From an uncultured delta proteobacterium (GTDB lineage Bacteria > Desulfobacterota > Desulfomonilia > Desulfomonilales > Desulfomonilaceae), in NCBI GenBank assembly GCA_963789265.1, contig CAWBKB010000005.1, positions 704,001 to 768,000 on the forward strand: a stretch of DNA of 64,000 nucleotides. Direction: 5' to 3'. The stretch's first letter is position 1; each line of letters begins with the position of its first letter. A model generated the notes under the pieces. That model worked only from the letters and a program-made list of their open reading frames with translations. It searched no databases and was not told where the DNA came from. Shown piece after piece: positions 1 through 10,144 of this stretch. Made by a program: the position numbers and the translations under genes.

Positions 1-253
1 CCTGGCGCAAGAAGAAGCCGCGTGCGCGGCAACAATGTCACCGGCTGGAAGTTGGGCCTGAGCGGTTTCAGGGGGCAGGTCCTGTAGAATCGAGGTAGGA
101 CGGCCGAAGCCCGACGGCGCATATCAGCGCGAAAATCCTTGGCCAGTACTGTCGGCTGAAAGCGCCCAGCTCATCGAAAACCGCTTTCTACGTCAGGATT
201 TGAAAAATAGTATACTCGCAAATTCTAGTGTCAAGCACAAACTTTCCATTATC

Positions 254-412
254 GTAAGCATTCACTTACGCGGAGGATCTTCTGCATCTTGTCATTGCGA
301 GGAGTGAAATCCCGCGTCTCGCGGGAAAGCAATCTAAGCGGCGTTTAAAGGAAAAGATTGCTTCGCTTCGCTCGCAATGACAAATTCTCCCTCCGCATAA
401 GTCAATGGTTAT
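254..412. mobile_element. MITE-like element, copy 1 (ends GTAAGCATTCACTTACGCGG...CCGCATAAGTCAATGGTTAT) with 8-bp target-site duplication
   Basis: Imperfect terminal inverted repeats of ~22 bp; flanking direct repeat CCATTATC at 246-253 and 413-420; second copy at 29047-29280. Confidence 0.85.
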
Positions 413-639
413 CCATTATCGAAGAGTCTTCGCCCTGTAAAACCTCGGTACGACCATCCGAAGTGTCATGGCGACCCCTTGGCTGGGAAACTTTGGAATG
501 TCATGTGGGAATAGCACCTTACAGTACGTAAAAAAAACTGACAGCCCGCGACCGCGTGGCCCCTGAGATCTTCTGGTTATATCGCGAGGAATAATTCTTG
601 TTTTCAGAGAATTAAGGGGGCGACAGAACCGAACATTAT

Positions 640-656
640 CTGGCATGGAAGTTGCT
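640..656 (+). promoter_or_regulatory. sigma54 (-24/-12) promoter upstream of the usp and CBS genes
   Basis: CTGGCATGGAAGTTGCT matches TGGCAYG-N4-TTGC with exact GG-N10-GC spacing. Confidence 0.65.
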
Positions 657-907
657 CTGATGTATGGCTGGAAGCACTCTTCGTACAAGCGCTGGTCCTC
701 CGGGTTCTTTGATTACTCGATGCGTCACCCAAGCCAGGCGCATCGTCCGTCGTAGGGGCACGCCGCCCGTGCCCCTACTTTGAAAATACCTCCTCAAAAG
801 AGTATAGAGATTATGCACGTGAGATTCCGATGCAGTATCTCGCTCCAGACCTCAAGGTGCTTCTTCTCTTCAGGGAGCGCTCAAAGTTACGAGAGGAGGG
901 TCAAAAG

Positions 908-1360
908 GTGATTCCCAAAAAAATCCTGGTATGTACGGACTTTTCAGAAAACTCCATTCCCGCTCGCCGCTGTGCCGTCGAATGGGCTGCTGTCTTCGGG
1001 GCCGAATTGGCAATTCTCCACGTAGTCAATTCCAGATTCTTCGGTTATCCGAGCTTTACTGACAGAATCCCTGTCGAAATGGCTTTGATTCAAAAGAATA
1101 TCGAGGAGGGGGTCGACGAAGAATTAGAGGCAATTGCCGCCGAGTGCAGGCGGAATCTTTCCAACGTTCAGGTGCACAGTCGTTCAGGTGCTCCGGCAGA
1201 GGAAATCATTCGATTCGCCGCCGAGGAGGCAGTAGATCTGATTATCATGGGGACCCACGGATGGTCCGGGGTCAGACACCTGATCGTCGGCAGCACGGCA
1301 GAGAACGTGGTTCGGACTGCCAAATGTCCTGTGCTCTCCGTAAGATCTAAAACAAAATAG
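908..1360 (+). CDS. Universal stress protein (UspA family)
   Basis: KKILVCTDFS, DLIIMGTHG..G...GSTAENVVR..CPVL motifs; GTG start at 908 after GAGGAGG. Confidence 0.93.
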   Translation: MIPKKILVCTDFSENSIPARRCAVEWAAVFGAELAILHVVNSRFFGYPSFTDRIPVEMALIQKNIEEGVDEELEAIAAECRRNLSNVQVHSRSGAPAEEIIRFAAEEAVDLIIMGTHGWSGVRHLIVGSTAENVVRTAKCPVLSVRSKTK

Positions 1361-1487
1361 GCTGATATGGCTCCTTGCGAGGTCTCAGCGGAGGTATACA
1401 TGATGATGCGCCGACTCTTCCGCGAGGAGTGAATTTTTGGGCTATGAACGAGCGAAGAACGGTCAACCCTGTTAAGGAGAGAATGAG

Positions 1488-2171
1488 ATGTTGGTCAAAG
1501 ACTGGATGAGCAAGAATGTTATCACCCTTGATGTCAACGATACCATGCAGCATGCCATAAATGTTTCGATGGAGAACCACATCAGCATCATGCCTGTCAT
1601 GGAAGAAGGTAAGTTGGTGGGAATAGTGACCGATCGAGATCTAAAGCGTGCATCTCCTTCGGACGCGACGCTGCTTGACATCCAGCAACTCATGTATCAC
1701 CTGTCGCGTCTGGAAGTTGGTGCGATTATGAGTCGGCATCCCGTCACTGTTCCTGTAGATCATACCGTTGAAGAGGCAGCGGAAATTCTCCTGACCAACG
1801 GGATTTCGGGCGCGCCGGTAGTTGACGAGCAGGGCAAGATAAAGGGCATTATAACCAAGAACGACCTGTTTAAAGCGATAATATCTCTGAGCGGCTTGAG
1901 TAAGCGGGGATTCCAATTCGGCTTTCTGCTGGAGGATAAGGCTGGTTCCATTAAGGAAGTTACCGACATAATAAGGAGATACAGTGGAAGGCTTGTCAGC
2001 ATTCTGAGTTCATACGAAAAGGCCCCGGAAGGATACCGTAATGTCTACATCAGAGCATTCGACGTTGATCGTGAGGTGCTGCCGCGACTATTAGAAGAAC
2101 TTAAGGCGCGTGCGAAATTGCTGTACGTGGTCGATCATCAGGAGAATAAGAGAGAGATCTACGACGTTTGA
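1488..2171 (+). CDS. CBS-pair plus ACT domain protein (AcuB-like)
   Basis: MLVKDWMS start, PVMEEGKLVGIVTDRD and PVVDEQGKIKGIIT CBS motifs, C-terminal ACT-like EDKAGSIKEVTDII; RBS AAGGAG. Confidence 0.9.
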   Translation: MLVKDWMSKNVITLDVNDTMQHAINVSMENHISIMPVMEEGKLVGIVTDRDLKRASPSDATLLDIQQLMYHLSRLEVGAIMSRHPVTVPVDHTVEEAAEILLTNGISGAPVVDEQGKIKGIITKNDLFKAIISLSGLSKRGFQFGFLLEDKAGSIKEVTDIIRRYSGRLVSILSSYEKAPEGYRNVYIRAFDVDREVLPRLLEELKARAKLLYVVDHQENKREIYDV

Positions 2172-2233
2172 ACGTAAACAGAGTTGAAAGTATTTTTGCG
2201 GCGGCACAGTTTAGAACAAAAGACCATTCAACT

Positions 2234-2695
2234 CTACATAGCCAAAACAGTGGGTTCAATCAAACGATCAAATTTGCTTTGATCCATGAGGAGATAGGTG
2301 CCGGTGGCTCGAGTGCAGACATTTCCACTTTCATTTCTGATCTCAGCCACAAGATGAATTTTGCTCCCTTCCTGTGATTCTATGCGGCAACGAACCTCGA
2401 TTTCCTGGTCGACGTAGACCGGTCTGAAAAACTGGACATTGAGCGCCGTTGTGACTCCTGACTGCTGAGCCAAATGATGGGTTGCCCACCCCATGATCTC
2501 ATCAAACAGACCACTCCGGATGCCTCCGTGGAGAATTCGACCAAGGCCGGCAAACATCGGCGAAGCTTTCCAGCGTGAAACCACTTCACGGGGTTCTGTT
2601 TGCGTTTCCTGAAACGTCAGTTTCAGACCTATCGGATTGAGATCTCCACAGAAAAAGCATTGCCCCGCTCCATACGGATTAGGTATCGGCTTCAT
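2234..2695 (-). CDS. PaaI-family (hotdog) thioesterase
   Basis: CFFCG..NPIGL and LHGG...LFDEIMG motifs; RBS AAGGAG. Confidence 0.88.
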   Translation of the reverse strand: MKPIPNPYGAGQCFFCGDLNPIGLKLTFQETQTEPREVVSRWKASPMFAGLGRILHGGIRSGLFDEIMGWATHHLAQQSGVTTALNVQFFRPVYVDQEIEVRCRIESQEGSKIHLVAEIRNESGNVCTRATGTYLLMDQSKFDRLIEPTVLAM

Positions 2696-2923
2696 GCTGT
2701 TATCTCCTTACCAAAGGAAATCCCTTGGTTACGCTGTCGAACATAGTCGTTACGAGTCCCATATCCCGTGAACTTTCGCTACAGCAATGACCGAACTCCA
2801 TGGATTCACCGCGCATCTTGAAGATCAGTACTTAAATTGTTGATTTCTTCACCTGGCGAAAACTCCGAAAGACGGCGCAGGACAAGGTTAGAAAGTCCCC
2901 CGATGAAGATTCCTGATCCCTAG

Positions 2924-3499
2924 CTACTGCGCAGGATCCCCATCCGATGGGTGCGTCTTTATATGCGCCTGTTTGATCGCACCACACGTCGGTTCGACGG
3001 TGTACTTGGCCGAAGGATTTACCACCAGTTTTCCTTCCATAAAATTACGTCCGATCAACATGGGGTATTCGAAACCGGACCGATCCACCAGATTGACGTC
3101 CACCTCTTTGGAGACTCTGCCCAGACATACTCCCAGTCGAATCACGAGCCGATCTTGAAAGGCTCCGAAGTGGCGTTTGATTCGACGGACTCCTGCGACT
3201 TTACTCTCTACAAGAGTCTTTTTGCCTTTGACATCAATAACGTGGAATCGGACCCATTTTTCTCCCTTGCGTTCAAACTCGATTAAGTCAGGGGCATGCA
3301 GACAGCAGGTTACCGCCCCAGTATCCACTTTGGCGGGGAGCATGAATTTTCCCGGGAGAATGCACACTTTCTCCACCCAACCGACCATCTCATAAGGCTC
3401 GGCGTGAACCGGCGTCGGCGTGAGTAGCCAAAATGCGCCGGAAAAGACACAAGTGAAGAGTGTAATGCATGGCCATAACCGTTGTGAAAAATAACTCAT
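2924..3499 (-). CDS. Exported retropepsin-like protein (RimK-associated putative protease family)
   Basis: Signal-peptide-like N-terminus; VGWVE, AKVDTGA, VNLVDRSGFEYPMLIGRNF motifs. Confidence 0.85.
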   Translation of the reverse strand: MSYFSQRLWPCITLFTCVFSGAFWLLTPTPVHAEPYEMVGWVEKVCILPGKFMLPAKVDTGAVTCCLHAPDLIEFERKGEKWVRFHVIDVKGKKTLVESKVAGVRRIKRHFGAFQDRLVIRLGVCLGRVSKEVDVNLVDRSGFEYPMLIGRNFMEGKLVVNPSAKYTVEPTCGAIKQAHIKTHPSDGDPAQ

Positions 3500-3841
3500 A
3501 TTGAAGGACCTTTGCGCAAGAAAATGAAAGAAGCCTCATTTGATACCAATGTGCTTTCATACATGTAAGACGACGGGCACCCCGCCGGCCAAGACATTCT
3601 TAATCATTCCTTTAAGCGCGAAATCGTATGAAGCCCTAATTGTGGAACACAGCTCGTTCCGATTTCGAACGCAATCTCGGTACGAATATCCGGTCGGCAA
3701 AGCAATGTCAAGATCCAGGATATGTGCCCTCCGGCATAATATGCCTACATGTCAATATCTTATCTGCAAGGCCCCAATACCCTGATGCCTTGAGGAGTGC
3801 TTCTATAGCCAAAACGTAACAATCAGGCAAGAGGAAATATC

Positions 3842-3870
3842 TTGACAATGGGATCGACCCAAATTATAGA
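3842..3870 (+). promoter_or_regulatory. sigma70-like promoter of the RRM gene
   Basis: TTGACA-17 nt-TATAGA. Confidence 0.5.
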
Positions 3871-4078
3871 ATACCTTTAAAATTGGACTTGTCTTTCCCT
3901 CCCGGCCGATCAGGATTACGGGCGTGAAGGAAGAATCTCGAACGTAGGACGGAAGCGCTCGTGCCATCACCTCTGTTTGTTACGGCTAATCTCCCAACCC
4001 ACGCAGTGGAACCCTCCTCTTACCAATGCACTCTTGTCGCTTCAACAAGGGTATTTTTTTAAGAAAAGGAGCAGAACA

Positions 4079-4381
4079 GTGGCTGCAATCAACATTTACG
4101 TGGGCAACTTGTCCTTCGACACAAGCGAAGACCAGCTCAAGGAATTGTTCGAGAGCTATGGACAGGTTGAATCTGCAACCATAATTTCCGACAAGTTCAC
4201 TGGCCGACCCAGAGGATTTGGTTTTGTTAAGATGCCGGAGCGTGAAGAAGGGCTCAGAGCCATTCAGGAATTGGACGCAAAGGACTTTATGGGCCGCAGT
4301 CTCAAGATAAACGAGGCAAGGCCGCGCACCGATCGGCCTGACAGACAAGGCGGCGGAAGCAAGGGGTCGCGCTGGCGTTAG
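4079..4381 (+). CDS. RRM RNA-binding protein
   Basis: RNP2 IYVGNL and RNP1 RGFGFV motifs, Gly/Arg tail; GTG start after AAAGGAG. Confidence 0.93.
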   Translation: MAAINIYVGNLSFDTSEDQLKELFESYGQVESATIISDKFTGRPRGFGFVKMPEREEGLRAIQELDAKDFMGRSLKINEARPRTDRPDRQGGGSKGSRWR

Positions 4382-4820
4382 GCTTTATAGCGAGCAGAGT
4401 GCGAATCCCGGTGACAACTGTCAGACTATCTTGACAAGGCAGGGTCCTTCAGACGGCGTGGGCTAATCTGCTTTAGGACGTGCCCATCCGTTACTGATAT
4501 GCTTACGGCGGGCATTATCCAGCCGAACGTACCATGTTCCAGTAAAGTTCTCGACCTTCTTCGCTTATTTACCCAAGCTCTAAGTCGTCTCCCACCGAAC
4601 CCACTGCGAATACAGCAAACGGTTTGCCGTCCGGCAGTCGGCGACCATGGGGGCTGATGGCTTCCGGATTCGATCAAAGGTCGTGAGATGTCCGGTCAGG
4701 AGCAGCCATAATTGGCTGGCCTTTTTTCATGAAAGGATTTAGTATAATAGGCGGGAATGGTCTTGGTTGTTTATTCGGCATGGCCGTCTGAAACAATTTG
4801 GTTGAAAGGAGAGCACGAAC

Positions 4821-5420
4821 GTGTGCAGCAGACGCATTCTGAACAGGCTCTTGGTCCCTCTTATTTCCGTTTTACCATTTGTTTCGTTCCTGGTACTGAG
4901 CCCCCCTTGTTTTTCCCAGGATGCTGGTTGTTCTTCAGCTCGGGCGCGGTGGGAAGAGCGCTTTCAGGAGTTGAGAGACAAGATACAGGATTATTCAACC
5001 ATTCAGCAAACATCTCTGGAACGGCTCACGCAACATCCTCTCGTCGATCGAACCGAAGGCAAGACAATTGCAAAACAGATCTCCGAGGCCATTCAAGTCA
5101 AAGACCGGATGCTGTGTGGCAAGAGAAAGGAATGTCGGGAGTTCCTTGCCCTGGAGAACCAGGCTTTTGCAGAATTCAAGCAATGTGCAGGCAACGGACG
5201 AGGGCTGAGAGACAAAGAGGTGCGGAATCTGATCAAGAAGAGGCAGGGATTTGTCGAGAAGGCCAACGTAGCCCTTGCGGAAGTGCGCGAGGTTGAAGGT
5301 AAGGGTACGCTTCCTTATATGGAGACAATGCGGAGCCAGCAGGACCCTTACCGGCAAAGCTGGAACAACCAATGGCAAAACTACCAACAGAGGTATCGCG
5401 GCGGCTGGTGGGGCTATTAG
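4821..5420 (+). CDS. Hypothetical exported helical protein
   Basis: RBS AAGGAG, signal-peptide-like hydrophobic stretch, 199 aa, upstream TATAAT at 4743. Confidence 0.7.
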   Translation: MCSRRILNRLLVPLISVLPFVSFLVLSPPCFSQDAGCSSARARWEERFQELRDKIQDYSTIQQTSLERLTQHPLVDRTEGKTIAKQISEAIQVKDRMLCGKRKECREFLALENQAFAEFKQCAGNGRGLRDKEVRNLIKKRQGFVEKANVALAEVREVEGKGTLPYMETMRSQQDPYRQSWNNQWQNYQQRYRGGWWGY

Positions 5421-5535
5421 ATCTGTAAGGAGACTTCTCCTACGAAGAATATGGAGGTAGAATTTTTTGGGTGATAGCTGTGGGTTGTGGTTCTTTGAAG
5501 GGTGGAAATGGAGAACCTCTTTAGACCCGTCGGCC

Positions 5536-5564
5536 TTGACAGGCTCTCAGCGAACTACTATTAT
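5536..5564 (+). promoter_or_regulatory. sigma70 promoter of the tRNA
   Basis: TTGACA-17 nt-TATTAT ending 21 nt before the tRNA. Confidence 0.75.
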
Positions 5565-5585
5565 CAAAGGTTGCTGAAAAGGCCC

Positions 5586-5661
5586 GGGCCCATAGCTCAG
5601 TTGGTAGAGCTACCGGCTCATAACCGGTTGGTCCCTGGTTCGAGTCCAGGTGGGCCCACCA
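5586..5661 (+). tRNA. tRNA-Ile2 (anticodon CAT, lysidine type)
   Basis: 76-nt cloverleaf GGGCCCA...TGGGCCC-ACCA, anticodon arm ACCGG-CTCATAA-CCGGT, GTTCGAG T-loop; paired G1-C72 and no GGG/CCC anticodon stem argue against fMet; typical position upstream of Nif3. Confidence 0.9.
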
Positions 5662-5719
5662 TTCTCAGAGAGATCACTCATGAAGAAACCGCAAATTTTT
5701 CCAGCAGACCTGAGTTTTC

Positions 5720-5757
5720 ATCACGGGGAGCTTGATCAAGCTCCCCGTGATCTTTTT
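5720..5757 (+). terminator. Intrinsic terminator after the tRNA
   Basis: Perfect 32-bp palindrome ATCACGGGGAGCTTGATCAAGCTCCCCGTGAT followed by CTTTTT. Confidence 0.75.
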
Positions 5758-5917
5758 GAAGGATCGAAAATCTGCAATTCGATATTTGGTAACCTATGTA
5801 CGCCGTGGCAGAACTAGAATCAACCGGTGGCTTCTGCGTTTTCTTGGCTGCTCGGACCTCGGTTGGATGGCGGCGGGCGAAGGCTAAGGGCCACGCACCG
5901 CAAGCAAACGCGGAGCC

Positions 5918-6751
5918 ATGTCTCTCTTAGGACGTGATCGAAGCATGGAAGTGGTGACAGGGCAATGTTTGTCCGAAATCGTTGAGATTGCGAACCGCCT
6001 CTTTCCTTTTGACGCTGCGGAGCCGTGGGACAATTGCGGGATCCAGATCGGGAATCCGAATCGTCGGGTAAGTTCGATCGCGTTCAGCCTAGATCCGACA
6101 CCCCAAACGATCAAATTCGCCGCTGCTTCTTCCTGCGAACTTCTGATCACTCATCATCCTGTTATTTTAGAACCTTTTCGCAACATCATTTCAGAGTCTC
6201 TTTTCGGCAAGGTCGTGTTGGAAGCCGCGAGACTGGAAGTCGACATCCTAAGTCTTCACACTAACTTGGATGCCGCAGCCGGCGGATTAAACGATCGACT
6301 CGCTCAGAAATTAGGTTTGGAAAACATCGCCACCCCGATTGGCGCGCGCTGCGCCAGAATCGGTCGACTTCCGTCAGCGACAACACTTTTCACATTTGCT
6401 CGTAACATAGCCAAAGATATGGTGATTTCTCATGTGAGAGTGATCTCGGCGAAGGACACCGAGGTACGGACGGTCTTTTGTGCCTCCGGCAGCGGAATGG
6501 GCTACCTGAGCGAGGCCCTTCGCGAAAATGTTGACGTGATGGTTACCGGCGACGTTCGATACCATTCGGCGCGCGAAGCCCTGGAAATGGCAATGCCTGT
6601 CATTGACGCGGGACATTACGGTCTCGAAAAAGGTGCAATCAACCTTATGAAGGCCGCTTTCGAAGCCGAATTCGCCAGACTCGGCCTGGCGATTAACTGT
6701 ATTAACTGCGAATTAGAGAAGGAGCCCTTCATTGAGATACGCAACCCGTGA
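5918..6751 (+). CDS. Nif3-like dinuclear metal centre protein (YbgI family)
   Basis: AEPWDNCG, LITHHP, SLHTNLD, TGDVRYH, IDAGHYGLE motifs. Confidence 0.93.
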   Translation: MSLLGRDRSMEVVTGQCLSEIVEIANRLFPFDAAEPWDNCGIQIGNPNRRVSSIAFSLDPTPQTIKFAAASSCELLITHHPVILEPFRNIISESLFGKVVLEAARLEVDILSLHTNLDAAAGGLNDRLAQKLGLENIATPIGARCARIGRLPSATTLFTFARNIAKDMVISHVRVISAKDTEVRTVFCASGSGMGYLSEALRENVDVMVTGDVRYHSAREALEMAMPVIDAGHYGLEKGAINLMKAAFEAEFARLGLAINCINCELEKEPFIEIRNP

Positions 6752-6764
6752 AGAAGAGTTTTCG

Positions 6765-7499
6765 TTGAGAGAACAGCTACCGCTTCTTGAAAAGCTCCAG
6801 CAGATCGACGGCGAGATAGAGCAACACGAAAATGACCTAGCCAGATTGCCCGTAGAGGTTCAGGACATAGCCAGGAACCTCGTAGTTATTCGCCGGGAGA
6901 ATTCGGAAGCGCGCGAGAGGCTAGCTTCGCTCGAAAAGGATGTGCGGAAAAAAGAGCAGGATCTAGCTGTGGAACAGGAAAAGATCAAACGTTCCGAGCG
7001 GCGTCTACTCAACATAAAAAATCAAAAAGAATACAATGCGTTATCCAGAGAAGTCAAACTCGGCAAGAAGGTTGTGGGCGAAATAGAAGATGGGATATTG
7101 GGATTTATGACTGAGATGGAAACAATCAAGAAGACCGTTGACAGAAAAGACAAGGAATACGCAGCACTTGAGAAAAGTTTGTTGGAGAAGAAGCAAGAAA
7201 TGGAGGCTATTTCTGCACGGGCAAGAACGGCCCTTGTTTCCCTGAGGACTGAGAAACAGAGAATCTCCGAATCGGTAGACCGTGATTTCTTGAAGAGATA
7301 TGAGACGGTCAAGAAAGCTCGAAGGAACGCGGTGGTGGAGTTGCGGAACGGATCGTGCACCGGCTGTCACATCGCCATACCACCCCAGCTTAACATCCGG
7401 ATTCTGAAGCAGGAAGAGTTGGTATTGTGTCCCAATTGCCATAGAATTCTCTATGTAAAGCCCGAAAATATTCCCGAATACAATAGAATTGATTCATAA
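6765..7499 (+). CDS. Coiled-coil protein with C4-type zinc ribbon (DUF164 type)
   Basis: Long coiled coil, KEYNAL motif, C-terminal CTGC...CPNCHRIL; usual neighbour of Nif3. Confidence 0.9.
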   Translation: MREQLPLLEKLQQIDGEIEQHENDLARLPVEVQDIARNLVVIRRENSEARERLASLEKDVRKKEQDLAVEQEKIKRSERRLLNIKNQKEYNALSREVKLGKKVVGEIEDGILGFMTEMETIKKTVDRKDKEYAALEKSLLEKKQEMEAISARARTALVSLRTEKQRISESVDRDFLKRYETVKKARRNAVVELRNGSCTGCHIAIPPQLNIRILKQEELVLCPNCHRILYVKPENIPEYNRIDS

Positions 7500-7616
7500 A
7501 TTTTCGAGGGCGGCGATCAGTGAAGCACCTGCCGCAATACATCGGTTGGCCCTGTTCCAAACGATGGTACGCGGCTCAATGATGTTGAGAACCATTTGCA
7601 TCCCTGAAAAGGAAGG

Positions 7617-9830
7617 TTGATGTATTCAACAGAGCTTTTATTGGGAATAGTGCCGAACGATATCGAACGAATAGTTCGTGTGGAGCACTCTGACCCTCAC
7701 AGTGTCCTGGGGGCACATCCAGTTGTTGTGGATGGTCAATCGGGGGTCATTATACGTGCTTTTCATCCGGACGCTGTTGCCGCGGAATTGCGGTTTGACT
7801 CGAAGCGCCTGCCCATGGAGTCATCTAAGGCCGAGGGGATGTTTCTGGCGATTCCTACCAGAGATGTCTTTTCCGCCAGAATATCTTGTTGCTTTCATCT
7901 TCTCCGACGGATCCACGTGGGAGCACGACAGCCCTTATCGCTTCTTGCCGACCTTGGGCGAGCAGGACCTTCATTTTCTCGGAGAAGGAAAGCATTACCA
8001 TCTCTACGATAAAATGGGGGCTCATCCGCGGGAATTCGAAGGGGTGCCGGGCGTGTCATTCGCGGTTTGGGCTCCAAATGCCAGAAGGGTGAGCGTAATC
8101 GGCGCGTTCAATAACTGGGATGGACGCCTTTTCCCCATGAGGACAATGGGTAGCACGGGTGTATGGGAACTGTTCATTCCTGGCCTGAGAGCAGGAGAAC
8201 TGTACAAATACGAGATCAAGACCTCGACCGGTGAGCTTCGAATCAAGACTGACCCTTACGCGTTTGCAATGGAATCGAGGCCCGCGACGGCATCCATGAT
8301 TTGGGATGTGGACCGCTATGAATGGGCTGACTACCAGTGGATGGAGGACAGAAAGGCCAAGAATCTGTTCGCCGGCCCCATGAACATCTACGAACTGCAT
8401 TTAGGTTCCTGGATGCGAGTGGCCGATGAAGGGAACAGGTGGGCCGGCTACCGCGAAGTTGCTCAGCCTCTTGCAGATCATGTTAAGAAATACGGTTTCA
8501 CCCACGTAGAACTGATGCCCATCATGGAACATCCGTACGATGCGTCCTGGGGGTACCAAGTTACAGGTTATTTCGCTCCTACAAGCCGCTTCGGCACACC
8601 CGACGATTTCAAATACTTCGTAGACGTGCTGCACCAAAATGGAATCGGACTTATCCTGGACTGGGTACCCGCACATTTTCCCAGGGACGATTTTAGTCTC
8701 CGTCTTTTCGATGGTACGGCATTGTGACGAGCACGCGGACCCTCGTCAGGGAGAGCACAGGGATTGGGGTACGCTGATTTTCAATTACGGCAGGAATGAG
8801 GTTCGGAATTTTCTGGTAGGCAACGCTTTGTTTCTGGCTCGACAAGTATCACATCGACGGCTTACGGGTCGATGCGGTAGCTTCTCTGATTTACCTCGAT
8901 TACAGTCGAGAGGCGGGGGAGTGGATCCCCAACCGTTTTGGAGGAAATGAAAACCTGGATGCAATCCAATTCATTCAGGAGTTCAACGCTATGGTATACG
9001 GCCGCTTCCCGGGCTGCTTCACAGTGGCCGAAGAGTCAACAGCCTGGACCGGTGTTACAACGCCGACGTATCTCGGGGGGCTCGGATTTGGATTCAAGTG
9101 GGACATGGGCTGGATGCACGATACGCTCCTATTTTTTTCAAAGGATTCTGTGCATCGCAGCTTCCATCACAATGACCTGACCTTTTCCATGATGTACGTG
9201 TACAGCGAAAATTTCATCTTACCCTTGTCCCACGACGAAGTAGTTTACGGCAAGGGTTCGCTTTTGAAAAAGATGCCCGGTGATGATTGGCAAAAATTTG
9301 CCAATCTCCGCCTTCTCTTGGGTTACATGTACACCCATCCGGGTAAGAAACTCGTGATGGCAGGGTCTGAGCTTGCCACATGGAATGAATGGCACCATGA
9401 ATCAAAGCTGGAGCTCCATCTGTTGCAATACCCCGTCCACGCACAAGCATCTTCTTTCTTACAGGACTTGGGGCGTCTTTATTTGCAGGACAGGTCTCTG
9501 TGGGCTTGGGATGACAGACCCGAGGGATTTTCCTGGATTGATTGTAACGATTACCTTAGCAGCGTACTAAGCTATATCCGCCGAGGACCGGATGGATATT
9601 TAATATGTGTTCTGAATTTTACTCCTGTCGTCCGAAAGGATTACCGTATAGGCGTCCCTGAACCAGGCAGCTTTCATGAGATAATGAACTCCGATTCTGT
9701 GTATTATGGCGGCAGCAATGCAGGAAATGCCGGTTTGGTGCAGACGCAATACGGCTCTCAGCACGGGTACAATCAATATCTCAGCCTTACACTCCCTCCT
9801 CTGGCTTGTCTCATACTGCGAAGAAGTTAA
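7617..9830 (+). CDS. glgB: 1,4-alpha-glucan branching enzyme, three single-base insertions (~7843, ~8726, ~8832), probably sequencing errors
   Basis: [67 protein letters not shown] motifs spread over four frame segments. Confidence 0.93.
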
Positions 9831-10081
9831 ACCGGTAACAGAGCCCGACAATTCCATTCGCGGACTCGTGGCAAGTGACAACGTGTTTCTGGCAGGGCCG
9901 GATTTTCAAACCCGCCCACGTGTCGGCGTGACCGCGTACTCGGTCATGGCGCCAAAGCGCTCGTCTGGCCGATTTTCAAGGATTCATGCATCGGATGGCC
10001 CAAAGGACATTGTTTGGCAACTAATGTTACCCACAGAGAATCGCTCCTATCAATAACCGAACAAGATTTCTCGCAAAACTA

Positions 10082-10110
10082 TTGTCATTTCCGCTCATTT
10101 GAAGTATAAT
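10082..10110 (+). promoter_or_regulatory. sigma70 promoter
   Basis: TTGTCA-17 nt-TATAAT just upstream of the 10145 gene. Confidence 0.65.
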
Positions 10111-10144
10111 ATGAATCTACGGTTGCATTTTAGTCAAGGTAGGA

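Noticed and set aside
1..200. Possible gene fragment at the window start
   Set aside because: Too short and no recognisable motif in any frame I translated
5586..5760. tRNA as initiator Met or as an island integration site
   Set aside because: Lacks fMet identity features; no integrase or duplicated tRNA 3' end seen
8725..8727. In-frame TGA in glgB as selenocysteine or readthrough
   Set aside because: The downstream conserved sequence (YEHADP) is in another frame; deleting one G restores it
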